From Candidatus Chisholmbacteria bacterium RIFCSPHIGHO2_01_FULL_52_32 (GTDB lineage: Bacteria > Patescibacteriota > Microgenomatia > UBA1400 > Chisholmbacteraceae), in assembly GCA_001816585.1 (NCBI GenBank), contig MHCJ01000003.1, positions 778,681 through 842,680 of the forward strand: 64,000 nt of DNA, written 5' to 3'. The stretch's first letter is position 1. Every line of letters starts with the position of its first letter. A program made the position numbers and the translations under genes. The notes under the pieces were generated by a model. That model ran no database searches. It worked only from the letters and a program-made list of their open reading frames with translations, and was not told where the DNA came from. This document shows, in pieces, positions 54,935 to 64,000 of this stretch.

Positions 54935-56624
54935 ATCCTTTCAAATCCCAATCATTCTCATTTTTCTCATTTCTATGATCTTCCGGCTCTATGGGCTTAA
55001 TTGGGACGGGGGACATCATCTCCATCCGGATGAACGGTTCTTAACGATGGTTACCCAAGACATTTATTGGCCTCGCTCTGTCTCTTCCTACCTTAACCCC
55101 GCACTATCTCCCTTGAATCCCTACAACGTTGGCTATCCGTTCTTTGTCTATGGCATGTTTCCGCTTATCCTGGTGAAATTCATTTCTGACCTGATCACCC
55201 TCGACCATTTCTCCTACAACAACATTACTTTGGTCGGTCGTGTGCTGGCTGCGACGTTTGATGTCGGAACACTCCTTGTCGTTTATCTCATCGCGCGACG
55301 CACTTTTTCTTCACGCATAGCCCTGTTTTCCGCCCTGTTCTACGGTCTATCTGTTTTGCCTATTCAACTCTCACATTTTTTTACCGTCGATCCGGTCATG
55401 GTCTTTTTCCTTGTTCTTTCCTTTTTTCTGTTGCTGATTTTCCTTGATGGCCGGCGGCAATGTTTTTCAAGTATTGGGCTTGGTATTTCATTCGGGCTTT
55501 CGGTCGCCAGCAAAATCTCCGCGGGTTATTTTCTTGCCATTATTGGACTTGGGTGGCTGGTCGTTTTTTTGAGAACGAGAAAGGTTCTTCCAACAGTTCT
55601 TGGCGCCGTTTTATTCGTCTTTTTTTCTTACAGCACCCTTCGTCTTGCGGATCCACGGATGTTCACCTCCCCCTCGTTTTTTGATCCACGACCTAATCCC
55701 CAATTCCTTGCCAACCTTCGCGAGCTTCAAGCGCTAAACAATCGTTTTGCGTTCTTTCCTCCTTCCATTCAATGGATTCCGACCAACCCTATCTGGTTTC
55801 CTTTTATGAATATTGTGCTTTGGGGATTTGGCCTGCCTTTAGGCATTTTCGTGGTCTTGGGTCTTGTTGCTTCCCTGCGGTTCTTTACTATGACTATCTT
55901 GTTGCCTCGCCGTATTCCCCGCATCCTGAAGCTTTGGCCAGAGCATCTAGGTCATTTGTTTCTGCTTACGTGGGTACTTTTTCTTTTCATTTCTCAAGGT
56001 ATCCAGTTTGTAAAAACTCTGCGGTATTTTTATCCCATTTATCCGTTTTTTGTGATCTTGGCTGCTTGGTTCTTTGACAACACGGTGGTTCGGCGATCTT
56101 CCCACATCGTTGTTATTGGGTTCTGCGTTATCTTTGTGATTTATCCAGTTTCTTTTCTTTCCATTTACTCCCGTCCCCACTCGCGCGTGATGGCTTCCGA
56201 ATGGATCTACGCCAATATTCCCACCGGGTCTGTTCTTTCATGCGAGCATTGGGATGACTGTTTGCCGCTCGGTGCTTCGGGGAGGTCCAATGCGCTTTAT
56301 CAGACTGAAGTGCTGCCCCTTTTTGATCCTGATACCCCCGAAAAGTGGCGGAAGATCAATCGTCAACTTGAGAATGTGGATTATCTGATTCTCTCCTCTA
56401 ATCGTGTCTGGGGTTCCATTCCGAAGGTACCGGAGAAATTCCCTCTTACCAGTCAGTTTTATCAGGATCTGTTTGCCGGGAAGTTATATTTCAAGAAGGT
56501 TTTTGATCTCACGTCTTACCCTACCATTCCCCTTCTCAATATTCCCATTCCCGATGATTCTTCAGAGGAAGCGTTCACCGTCTATGATCATCCCCGGGTG
56601 ATCATCTTTCAAAGAATGCAATAA
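54912..56624 (+). CDS. Polytopic membrane protein, YYY/DUF2298-like putative GT-C glycosyltransferase (paralog 2)
   Basis: WDGGHHLHPDERF...FFVYGMFP motif pair as in paralog 1; ORF-track start 54855 is TTG, ATG at 54912 overlaps the paralog 1 stop by 23 nt. Confidence 0.6.
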   Translation: MKSFSLTKSFQIPIILIFLISMIFRLYGLNWDGGHHLHPDERFLTMVTQDIYWPRSVSSYLNPALSPLNPYNVGYPFFVYGMFPLILVKFISDLITLDHFSYNNITLVGRVLAATFDVGTLLVVYLIARRTFSSRIALFSALFYGLSVLPIQLSHFFTVDPVMVFFLVLSFFLLLIFLDGRRQCFSSIGLGISFGLSVASKISAGYFLAIIGLGWLVVFLRTRKVLPTVLGAVLFVFFSYSTLRLADPRMFTSPSFFDPRPNPQFLANLRELQALNNRFAFFPPSIQWIPTNPIWFPFMNIVLWGFGLPLGIFVVLGLVASLRFFTMTILLPRRIPRILKLWPEHLGHLFLLTWVLFLFISQGIQFVKTLRYFYPIYPFFVILAAWFFDNTVVRRSSHIVVIGFCVIFVIYPVSFLSIYSRPHSRVMASEWIYANIPTGSVLSCEHWDDCLPLGASGRSNALYQTEVLPLFDPDTPEKWRKINRQLENVDYLILSSNRVWGSIPKVPEKFPLTSQFYQDLFAGKLYFKKVFDLTSYPTIPLLNIPIPDDSSEEAFTVYDHPRVIIFQRMQ

Positions 56625-56637
56625 CCTGTTATTCAGA

Positions 56638-57759
56638 TTATGTAGTCTCCATGAGTGATTCTAATGCGTCCATTGTTCGTTGGTAGTCGAACTTCTTTTG
56701 GATCTCTTTTTTTGGCCTGATGAATCTTTTTCTATTGGTGATAACCTCAGCGATGGCTTTTGCCAAGGCTTTGGTGTTTCTCGGTGGAACTAGCTTTCCC
56801 ATTCCCGTGAGAGATATCGGTATCCTCACTCCGGGAAGATCGGTTGCGACCACAGGACATCCGTGCATCATCGCCTCAACTTGGACCATCCCGAATGCCT
56901 CCAGACGTTCGGTAGACGGAAGTACCAGCACATCAATTGTCTTGTAGAAGCTCGCCATTTCCGCTTGGCTGAGCGGGCCAAGGAATGTCAGGTTCTGCTT
57001 CCATTTTTCCAAGTAGCCCCCGAGCAAACTTTTGTAGTCCACGCCGATCACCTCCTTAAACGGCCCCGCGAAAATCAGCTGTACGTCTCTCCCAAGACTT
57101 TTTCTGAGGGAGGGTAGGGTTTGGAGCAAATGATGGAGCCCTTTTTCCCTGGATACTCTTCCGGCAAATCCGATCTTCACCTTTGCATCCTGCCAGTTTC
57201 CGGATAGATTGGCCGGGGTTTCCAGTTTGACAGGGGGGAGAATGTAGACAACCTTCTTTTTGAATAGTGATAGGAATCGCGAATGTCTGCCGTAATCCTC
57301 GGTGTATGAAATGATGGCGTCTGCAAGGGCGCCGGCAATGAATTGAGTAATCCAAGTTGCAATTTCTGAAATATGATTGACAAGACCCGGCCAACCGGAG
57401 AGGTCGCAATGGTAGGTCAGAATCACATTCTTTTTTAAGAGTTTGGCAAGGATTACCGTTATGAACGATTCGAATTGAGGAAGATGGCAGTTTACAATCT
57501 GCGATTTTCTCAGTGCTTTGTAGACTGCGATAGGAAAAGTCGGCATGACGGGCCCTCTTCCAATACAGACGGGAGTCCAGATCCTTGTGATGAGAACTCC
57601 CCGTATGATCTCTCTGGCTGGCAATTTTTTTCTGTACTTTGCAGTCAGGACTTCGACGGAGTGACTGCGATTCACCATCTCCTCGGCGAAGCGTTTGGCA
57701 TAGATTGTCAGGCCACTGATGTTTGGGTGGTAGTAACTGATTCCGATGAGGATCTTCAT
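56638..57759 (-). CDS. Glycosyltransferase family 4 (GT-B fold)
   Basis: MKILIGISYY.. N-terminal GT4 domain; C-terminal ..EAFGMVQVEAMMHGCPVVATD.. (EX7E-like) motif. Confidence 0.8.
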   Translation of the reverse strand: MKILIGISYYHPNISGLTIYAKRFAEEMVNRSHSVEVLTAKYRKKLPAREIIRGVLITRIWTPVCIGRGPVMPTFPIAVYKALRKSQIVNCHLPQFESFITVILAKLLKKNVILTYHCDLSGWPGLVNHISEIATWITQFIAGALADAIISYTEDYGRHSRFLSLFKKKVVYILPPVKLETPANLSGNWQDAKVKIGFAGRVSREKGLHHLLQTLPSLRKSLGRDVQLIFAGPFKEVIGVDYKSLLGGYLEKWKQNLTFLGPLSQAEMASFYKTIDVLVLPSTERLEAFGMVQVEAMMHGCPVVATDLPGVRIPISLTGMGKLVPPRNTKALAKAIAEVITNRKRFIRPKKEIQKKFDYQRTMDALESLMETT

Positions 57760-58307
57760 GGTGCTTGGATCAGCGATCTTACTGAGCGGGTACCGTTCCA
57801 ATGGATGATTCGAAGTTTCGGCAGTCTCGTGCGCAGGTAGTCTATCTGCGCTTCATCGTCATCGATGAACATCTCAAGCTTCAGCTTGCGGATCATGCTC
57901 TCTTTGAATCGATGCGGTTGTCTATTATTCAAATTCACATACACCCCCTGGAAGAGCCCAGCACAGTCATAGGTTTGCAGCCAATCTTTCGTTCTTCCTC
58001 TTAAAAAGCTGTATCTCCCTGAAATCACGTAGAATTCGTATGTTCCGGCGATTGTCCGGATATCCCTCAGATTATTCCAAATCGGCTGGCGGAGCAGTGG
58101 GTGATGGCTCAACCATCGAATGGAGCGCTCAAGAGCAGAGCTCGGATATCGGTAGGCGAGTTCTGTTTTAGTGCGTTCGCGGACCAGCCGGGTCAGCGCC
58201 CAGTTGGGAAGCCCTGGTGGTTTATCGATGATCACGCCGTCGAGATCCAGTCCGATACGGACCGGTCTTCGCTTGGTCGGTCGTTTCGAAAGCTTTTTTC
58301 CTTCCAT
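57756..58307 (-). CDS. HAD-like hydrolase (putative phosphatase/nucleotidase)
   Basis: Motif I IGLDLDGVIID (DxDGV); stop overlaps the GT4 start (ATGA). Confidence 0.4.
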   Translation of the reverse strand: MEGKKLSKRPTKRRPVRIGLDLDGVIIDKPPGLPNWALTRLVRERTKTELAYRYPSSALERSIRWLSHHPLLRQPIWNNLRDIRTIAGTYEFYVISGRYSFLRGRTKDWLQTYDCAGLFQGVYVNLNNRQPHRFKESMIRKLKLEMFIDDDEAQIDYLRTRLPKLRIIHWNGTRSVRSLIQAP

Positions 58308-58464
58308 CGTTCCTGCCTATTATACGAAGAAAGAGTGTTTTTCCCTACTTCCCGGCTGTCTGTTTCTGGTGATTGTCTGAGGTAACTGAGGCGTCCTCTT
58401 GTATTCATCTCTCTTCTTGTCACTCTGTATCTGATAGGATTGATGCGTGTTCGGGAGTATCGCT

Positions 58465-60570
58465 ATGCCTGAATTATTGAGCGTCTTTTTCTGGTGGGGT
58501 TTGATCTCTTTCCTTGGTGCCTTGGCTTTTCCGTTTACTTTTTGGTTGTTCCGTCGCTTTTGGGATGGGGGATGGGCACTGGCAAAGATCCTCGGTTTGG
58601 TCCTTTTAACCTATTGGACGTGGATTGTTGGGAGCTTGCGGATCCTTCCTTTTGGGCCGCTTTCTTTGTGGCTTGGCGTTGGTCTGCTTGGTTGGTTTTC
58701 TTTCCAAGTCTTCATGAGATCGATTGAGCCGATACGGACGTTTGTTCGCGACCATTTGTCCCTGATCTTGTTTGAAGAACTCCTGTTTGGTGTCGGTTTG
58801 CTTGGCTGGGCATGGATTCGGGCACATCAGCCGGATATTGAGGGTCTTGAAAAATTCATGGATTTTGGATTTGTCAACTCGATCCTGCGCTCCCGTTGGT
58901 TTCCCCCCTTGGACATGTGGCTTTCGGGCAATACCATCAACTACTACTACTTCGGCCATTTGGTGACGGCCGTTCTGACGAAGCTTTCCGGCTTTCCCTC
59001 TTTTCGGACCTACAATTTGATGATTGCCGCTCTTTTTTCCTTGACGCTTGTTTCCTCCTTCTCCATCGGAGGAGCACTTACCCGCACGTTTCTTCGCATC
59101 CGCGATGCGAAATCTTCCAGAGTGCTTGTATTTTTAGGAGCCATTATTTCTGCGGTGACCCTGACCTTGGCCGGAAATCTCCATACCATCATCACCGTTG
59201 TCAACAAAGGGGCTTCTTCGTACTGGTACCCTGACGCTACCCGCTATATCCCTTTCACGATCCACGAATTCCCGCTCTACAGTTTTGTTGTAGCTGACCT
59301 GCATGGCCATGTTTCAAATATCCCATTTGTTCTCCTCATGGTAGGGCTCATCTTCAGTTTTGGGATTGAATTGTCTTTGAAACGGTTTTCCCTTCCTTTC
59401 TCCTCTTTCTTGCTCCGCTTACTGGCCATCGGGTTGACGACTGCCGTACTTTTCATGACGAACTCCCTGGATGCGCCGATTTACTTCTTGCTCTTTATTG
59501 TCGCTTTAGTGAGTTCGGGTCCGCGTCTTTCTTTTTTACGACGCTCTGCCTCAATCATCTTCGTTTCGTTTTACGTCGTGCTGATTTCTGCTTTTCTTTT
59601 TTCTCTCCCCTTTTCTCTCCGGTTTCATCCGTTTGCTCAAGGCATTGCGTTGGTGACTACTCGCTCATCTCCCCGTCAGCTTGGCGTCCTTTGGGGGTTT
59701 TTTCTCCTTGTTGCCTTTGTTTTTCTCTCTTCCTTTATCCGTCATCCCAACCGATATTTTCCAGATCGCCCTTCCGGTCCGGCGCGCCGGTTTCTCCTGA
59801 GTCTTCTCGGAGTTTCCTTGATTCTGGTTGTCCTTCCCGAGGTCATCTATATCAAGGATATCTACGTTGCTGAGTACTATCGAGCAAATACCATGTTTAA
59901 ACTGGCGTATCAGGCCTTCATCATGATGGCCCTTGTTACCGGGCCAGTTTTTTCCGGTTTGCTCTGGAATCTTTGGACAGCGAGGGGGCGAGGGCTTCGT
60001 TTCTCCCTGCTTGCGGTCGTTTTCGTGTTTCTCTTTGGCCTCGGCAGTGTCGTCTCCTATCCTTACTTTGCAATACGCTCTTACTACAGTTCCCTCAAGC
60101 ATTTCCGCGGACTTGACGGTCTTGCCTGGCTCTCCGCAAAGTACCCAAATGATGCCCAAGCCATAGACTGGTTACGGGAGAACGTCGAGGGGCAACCCGT
60201 TATTCTCGAAGCTGTGGGAGAAAGTTATACGAACTTCGCCCGGGTTTCGGCGAACACGGGCCTGCCGACAATCCTGGGCTGGCGGGTTCATGAGTGGTTA
60301 TGGCGAGGGAGTTTTGACGAAGCCGGTCTTCGAACAAACGTCGTTTCAACGATGTACACGTCAGTCGATTCGCTTGAAGTTTGTCGACTTATCGATCGCT
60401 ATGACGTGGACTATGTCTTTGTGGGAACCCTGGAAAGGAGTCAGTATCCCACGCTTTCCGAAGCGGTTTTTGAGCGACTTGGTACGTCCGTTTTTACTTC
60501 TGGAGATACCCGAGTATACCGGATCCGCAAGCCGTGTCGATCCCTGTCTTTTCATCTTCATCGGGCCTGA
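58465..60570 (+). CDS. YYY-motif (DUF2298 / chlor_Arch_YYY-type) polytopic membrane protein, putative GT-C glycosyltransferase (paralog 3)
   Basis: Hallmark NYYYFGH motif, about 14 TM helices, C-terminal soluble domain; ORF-track start 58447 is GTG, ATG at 58465 has a GGGAG SD. Confidence 0.65.
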   Translation: MPELLSVFFWWGLISFLGALAFPFTFWLFRRFWDGGWALAKILGLVLLTYWTWIVGSLRILPFGPLSLWLGVGLLGWFSFQVFMRSIEPIRTFVRDHLSLILFEELLFGVGLLGWAWIRAHQPDIEGLEKFMDFGFVNSILRSRWFPPLDMWLSGNTINYYYFGHLVTAVLTKLSGFPSFRTYNLMIAALFSLTLVSSFSIGGALTRTFLRIRDAKSSRVLVFLGAIISAVTLTLAGNLHTIITVVNKGASSYWYPDATRYIPFTIHEFPLYSFVVADLHGHVSNIPFVLLMVGLIFSFGIELSLKRFSLPFSSFLLRLLAIGLTTAVLFMTNSLDAPIYFLLFIVALVSSGPRLSFLRRSASIIFVSFYVVLISAFLFSLPFSLRFHPFAQGIALVTTRSSPRQLGVLWGFFLLVAFVFLSSFIRHPNRYFPDRPSGPARRFLLSLLGVSLILVVLPEVIYIKDIYVAEYYRANTMFKLAYQAFIMMALVTGPVFSGLLWNLWTARGRGLRFSLLAVVFVFLFGLGSVVSYPYFAIRSYYSSLKHFRGLDGLAWLSAKYPNDAQAIDWLRENVEGQPVILEAVGESYTNFARVSANTGLPTILGWRVHEWLWRGSFDEAGLRTNVVSTMYTSVDSLEVCRLIDRYDVDYVFVGTLERSQYPTLSEAVFERLGTSVFTSGDTRVYRIRKPCRSLSFHLHRA

Positions 60571-61631
60571 TAGAAGAACCTCTCAATATAGGTGTGTATC
60601 TCCTCCCAACCATTGCGGCCGATGAGCACCCATTGTCCATTGTAGTTTGCCAGTGGCGGATGAATGAGAAGTCCCGGCTTTCCCGCTTCTTTATCTTCTT
60701 CTTCGATTACCCCATGACGGATATGTTCAGCCTGTGTTTTGAGGGCGAGTTTGGCCAGACTGACGTATTCCGTTTCCGAAAGATCGGTCTTTACTGTCCC
60801 TGAGAATGTCTGCATGAGCTGCCTGACCTTCGTTGGAGAAAGGAGTGTATCCAGAGACAATATCTTGTTTTTAAAGGCAATGAGTACCTCTCGCTGGCGG
60901 CGGGAGCGGGCAAAATCCGTGCCTTCTTCTCCTTCGGCATTGCGCGACCTGACATATTTTAAGGCTCTCTCCCCGCTCAATTCTTGGAGTCCTTTGTCGA
61001 AGTGAAGGTGTTCGTAGCGTAAATCCTCTGGCTCAGCCTCCTCCATTCCGGGAATGGGATATTTGTAGTCGTCAAAGCTCCGGGGAACATCAATCTCAAT
61101 TCCCCCCACCAAATCGATCGCGGTTTTGAACCCGTCAAAGTCGATTGCCACCGCGTAATGAATGGGTTCTCCTATCACTTCCTCGGCAGCTGATTTTGCT
61201 AAGATGAGTCCACCTCCCTGCCTCTTTTGCTCTCCGAAGAAATAGGTGGCGTTGATCTTTGTTTTGAGTGAGTCGATCCAAATGTCTCTGGGGATCGAGA
61301 GCAAGGCGGTGTCAGCTGATTTGAGATCAATGGATAACACGATGATCGAGTCCGTTAACTCCGGTCCTTCGTGATTTGCCCCACCCATCCCGAGAAGTAA
61401 GATGTTGGTCCTGCCTTTGGTTGTTTGCAACACCGCTTGCGGGTCCCTGACGAGTGAGAAGGCTGCTTGGGGTCCTCGGAGAAGACTTCTTGCTACGGTA
61501 AGCAGGGGCCGTACTGCTTGGACGATTGAAATCACCGCGATCGCTCCGATTGTTACCAGCAGGACAGCTCGTACGACACTGCGATGTTTCGTTAAGCGAC
61601 GTTTGATTTTTGCGAGGAAGTGGTAATCCAT
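60558..61631 (-). CDS. LytR-CpsA-Psr (LCP) family cell-envelope glycopolymer ligase
   Basis: N-terminal TM, ..NILLLGMGG...SIIVLSID...LLSIPRD.. LCP core motifs. Confidence 0.8.
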   Translation of the reverse strand: MDYHFLAKIKRRLTKHRSVVRAVLLVTIGAIAVISIVQAVRPLLTVARSLLRGPQAAFSLVRDPQAVLQTTKGRTNILLLGMGGANHEGPELTDSIIVLSIDLKSADTALLSIPRDIWIDSLKTKINATYFFGEQKRQGGGLILAKSAAEEVIGEPIHYAVAIDFDGFKTAIDLVGGIEIDVPRSFDDYKYPIPGMEEAEPEDLRYEHLHFDKGLQELSGERALKYVRSRNAEGEEGTDFARSRRQREVLIAFKNKILSLDTLLSPTKVRQLMQTFSGTVKTDLSETEYVSLAKLALKTQAEHIRHGVIEEEDKEAGKPGLLIHPPLANYNGQWVLIGRNGWEEIHTYIERFFYQAR

Positions 61632-62363
61632 TTACGAAGAATTGTTTGATGCAATTCGGTTTGCCGCAATGACCATTCTGATCCACTCAGGCGCATTGAG
61701 GCTTGCCGATCCAGGGAGCACTCCGTCAATTCCTGGATCATCAAGGAATCTTCCAATGTTGGCTGCTTTGACACTTCCGCCGTAGATCACCGCTATGGCT
61801 TGGGTTTCATCTCTGATTGACGCAATCATCCGTTTTACTTCTTTAAGGGGGGCAGGTGTTCCTTTCCCGATTGGACCGAGTTGCTGGCTGATTGCTTCCG
61901 GGGGCTCGTACATAAAGATCGAATTCTTCCGGGCTTCTTCATCGAGAGCGATGACCTGTTGCCGCCAGTTATCTCGATCCACCGAAACGATCGGGGTTAA
62001 GCCATTGTCGAGTGCTTGGAGCACCTTTTGGGCGACCACCACTGCTGATTCGTGAAAGTAGCGTCTCCGTTCGGAATGTCCGACGATCACGTACTGTGTA
62101 AGTCCTCGCACCATTCGTGCGGTGATCTCGCCGGTGTAGGCTCCGTCTGCGTAGGGTGAAATGTCCTGGCAGCCCAGGAGAAGTCCAGGAAACTCTTGTC
62201 TCAGAAGGTTCAGGTGGATGAAAGGTGGACAGAGGATGACTTTTAACCCTTCCTCGATCCTGAGGTTTTCCCTCTTTACCTGTTTAATCCAGGTTTGCGC
62301 TTCTTCTTCAGTCTTGTTGGCTTTCCAGTTCCCGATGAGGTATTTCATAACGGCAAGTACCAT
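61632..62363 (-). CDS. tpiA: Triosephosphate isomerase
   Basis: YLIGNWKAN, VIVGHSERR, YEPP.AI motifs. Confidence 0.8.
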   Translation of the reverse strand: MVLAVMKYLIGNWKANKTEEEAQTWIKQVKRENLRIEEGLKVILCPPFIHLNLLRQEFPGLLLGCQDISPYADGAYTGEITARMVRGLTQYVIVGHSERRRYFHESAVVVAQKVLQALDNGLTPIVSVDRDNWRQQVIALDEEARKNSIFMYEPPEAISQQLGPIGKGTPAPLKEVKRMIASIRDETQAIAVIYGGSVKAANIGRFLDDPGIDGVLPGSASLNAPEWIRMVIAANRIASNNSS

Positions 62364-62423
62364 TGCGGAGATCTCATGCGAAATACCCGTTTCTTTCGCC
62401 TGTTTCCGTGATACGATTCTACC

Positions 62424-64000
62424 ATGGCCTCAGGGTTACTCAAAGCGCTCAACCGCGAACAGCGGGCGGCGGTGGCTTTTGAGGGTGGACCGCTGCTTAT
62501 TCTTGCGGGGGCGGGGAGCGGAAAGACCCGTGCGATTGTGTACCGGGTGGCCTATCTTATGAAAGAGCGAGGCGTTGATCCTTCCTCTATCCTTCTGACG
62601 ACGTTTACCAATAAAGCAGCTTCAGAAATGCGTGAACGGCTGGTGAAACTCGTCGGCACTGCTCCCCCCTTCACGGGAACGTTTCATTCGCTGTGCGCAA
62701 AGATCCTGCGCGAACACGGAACGTTGGTCGGGATTTCTCCGTCTTACGTGATTTACGATGAGAACGATCAGGAAGACGTTGTGAAGCAGGCGCTTACAAG
62801 CCTTGATCTTTCCGCGCGAGACTACAATCCCCGGTCGGTGCTGGGAGCGATCAGCTCAGCGAAAAATGAGCTCATCGGTCCAACCGCATATCCGCAATAT
62901 GCCCGCGGCCATTGGCAGGAAACTGTATCGCGAATTTACCTTGCGTACCAGAAACTTCTGCGACAGAGCGAGGCTTTGGATTTTGACGATCTTCTGATGG
63001 AAACCGTCCGACTGTTTCAGAAGCAACCGGCGCTTCTTTCTCAGATCCAACATCGATTCCGTCATATCCTCGTCGATGAATATCAAGATACCAATCATGC
63101 GCAATACGTTTTGACCAAGCTCCTGGCCGGAAAGTGGCGCAATCTCTGCTGCGTGGGTGATTTTTCACAGTCAATTTACATGTGGAGGGGTGCGGATTTT
63201 CGAAACCTCATGAAACTTCAGCAGGATTTTCCCGATCTTACCGTCGTCAATCTCGAACAGAACTACCGGTCAACCCAGATCATATTGGATGCAGCATCGG
63301 GAGTGATCTCCCATAACAAAACCCATCCGATCCTCCAGTTGTGGACAACGCGGAAGGGCGGAGAAAAGATCGTGGTGTATGAATCCCGCGACGAAAAAGA
63401 GGAGGCAGGCTTTGTTCTTGCAATAGTCTCTTCGCTTTCCCGCTCCAATCCTTCGTATTCCTTCAAAGATTTTGCGGTTCTCTATCGAACCAATGCCCAA
63501 TCGCGCGCTCTTGAAGAGGCGTTCATTCGGGCCGGCGTTCCGTATGTTCTGGTCGGAGGAACGCGGTTTTATGAACGGAGAGAGATCAAGGACTGCTTGG
63601 CTCTGCTGCGGGTTCTTTATAATCCGAAGGACCTCGTCAGTTATCGAAGGATAGAAAAGTTGGGGAAGGGAAGGTTGAATACATTCCTTACCTTTGCCAA
63701 AGTGTTTGAGGACAAGGAAAAGTATGCCTCTGCATCTACCCTTGATCTTTTGGATCAGGTCTTGGAGGCTACCGGCTATCTTGACCTGTATAATCCTAAG
63801 GATGAGGAGGGCCTTTCCCGGCTTGAGAACATCAAGGAGTTGCGTAGCGTTGCCGCGGAATTCCCATCAATCAGTGAGTTTTTAGAAAACGTCGCGCTTG
63901 TCGAGCAAGAACATCTTCCCGACCATCCGGCGAATTCTCAGAAGAAGCGGAATGCCGTCACCTTTATGACCCTTCATGCAGCAAAAGGCTTGGAATTTCC
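62424..64000 (+). CDS. uvrD: ATP-dependent DNA helicase UvrD/PcrA family (partial, continues past window end)
   Basis: LNREQRAAV...AGAGSGKTR Walker A; later ..VPYVLVGGTRFYERREIKD.. motif V region, in frame to 64000. Confidence 0.9.
   Translation, partial: MASGLLKALNREQRAAVAFEGGPLLILAGAGSGKTRAIVYRVAYLMKERGVDPSSILLTTFTNKAASEMRERLVKLVGTAPPFTGTFHSLCAKILREHGTLVGISPSYVIYDENDQEDVVKQALTSLDLSARDYNPRSVLGAISSAKNELIGPTAYPQYARGHWQETVSRIYLAYQKLLRQSEALDFDDLLMETVRLFQKQPALLSQIQHRFRHILVDEYQDTNHAQYVLTKLLAGKWRNLCCVGDFSQSIYMWRGADFRNLMKLQQDFPDLTVVNLEQNYRSTQIILDAASGVISHNKTHPILQLWTTRKGGEKIVVYESRDEKEEAGFVLAIVSSLSRSNPSYSFKDFAVLYRTNAQSRALEEAFIRAGVPYVLVGGTRFYERREIKDCLALLRVLYNPKDLVSYRRIEKLGKGRLNTFLTFAKVFEDKEKYASASTLDLLDQVLEATGYLDLYNPKDEEGLSRLENIKELRSVAAEFPSISEFLENVALVEQEHLPDHPANSQKKRNAVTFMTLHAAKGLEF

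Noticed and set aside
59665-60159. 164-aa minus-strand ORF
   Set aside because: Antisense inside the YYY membrane protein; no independent support.
1-64000. Search for CRISPR arrays, tRNA/rRNA genes, transposases, integrases, toxin-antitoxin pairs or phage genes
   Set aside because: No direct-repeat/spacer arrays, no cloverleaf-sized conserved intergenic segments (the largest gaps are about 220 bp and are explained by promoter/terminator-like elements), and no recombinase-like ORFs were recognisable by eye. The window looks like stable core chromosome except for the 48-62 kb envelope locus.

Overview
This 64-kb window is bacterial chromosome, almost gap-free, and looks like a reduced-genome lineage; CPR/Patescibacteria is my inference. 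The evidence for that is uniformly shortened housekeeping proteins (AlaRS 612 aa, IF-2 520 aa, HrcA about 240 aa, DnaJ without a zinc finger), weak or absent Shine-Dalgarno sequences in places, and sortase/LCP genes of a monoderm-type envelope.

Positions 1-19,080 (minus strand) hold one co-directional transcription/translation super-cluster: rpoB-rpoC-rpsL-rpsG-fusA-tuf-rpsJ-rplC-rplD-rplW-rplB-rpsS-rplV-rpsC-rplP-rpmC-rpsQ-rplN-rplX-rplE-rpsZ-(rpsH, partial). Several terminator- or attenuator-like hairpins sit in its unusual intergenic gaps.

Positions 19.3-48.1 kb (still minus strand) carry housekeeping genes: mltG, ruvX, alaS, the ftsK neighbourhood, RNase J, UDG, pnp-rpsO, infB-nusA, the hrcA-grpE-dnaK-dnaJ heat-shock operon with a CIRCE-like operator, lepA and murJ. 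Four oddities sit among them:
- a sortase plus a 760-aa FtsA/PilM-like transmembrane fusion protein, inserted into the conserved alaS-ruvX-mltG neighbourhood;
- a Lon-family AAA+ module with no peptidase domain;
- a catalytically degenerate DHH/NrnA-like protein in the slot where rbfA/truB normally sit;
- L24 carrying a CxxC...CxxC motif.

Positions 48.2-61.6 kb are the accessory-looking part. It holds rpsT, PilN/PilO-like pilus-assembly genes (no pilM beside them), a secreted FN3/Ig protein with a Pro/Thr-rich stalk and an LPxxG-type sorting signal, and then an envelope-glycosylation-like locus: a Rossmann FAD oxidoreductase, three paralogous 'YYY'/DUF2298-type polytopic membrane proteins that are putative GT-C glycosyltransferases, a GT4 glycosyltransferase, a HAD-like phosphatase and an LCP-family ligase. 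After tpiA comes a partial uvrD/pcrA helicase.

I recognised no rRNA, tRNA, CRISPR array, transposase or integrase. The ORF track counts TTG/GTG as Met at some ORF boundaries, so I moved several starts to the nearest plausible ATG.
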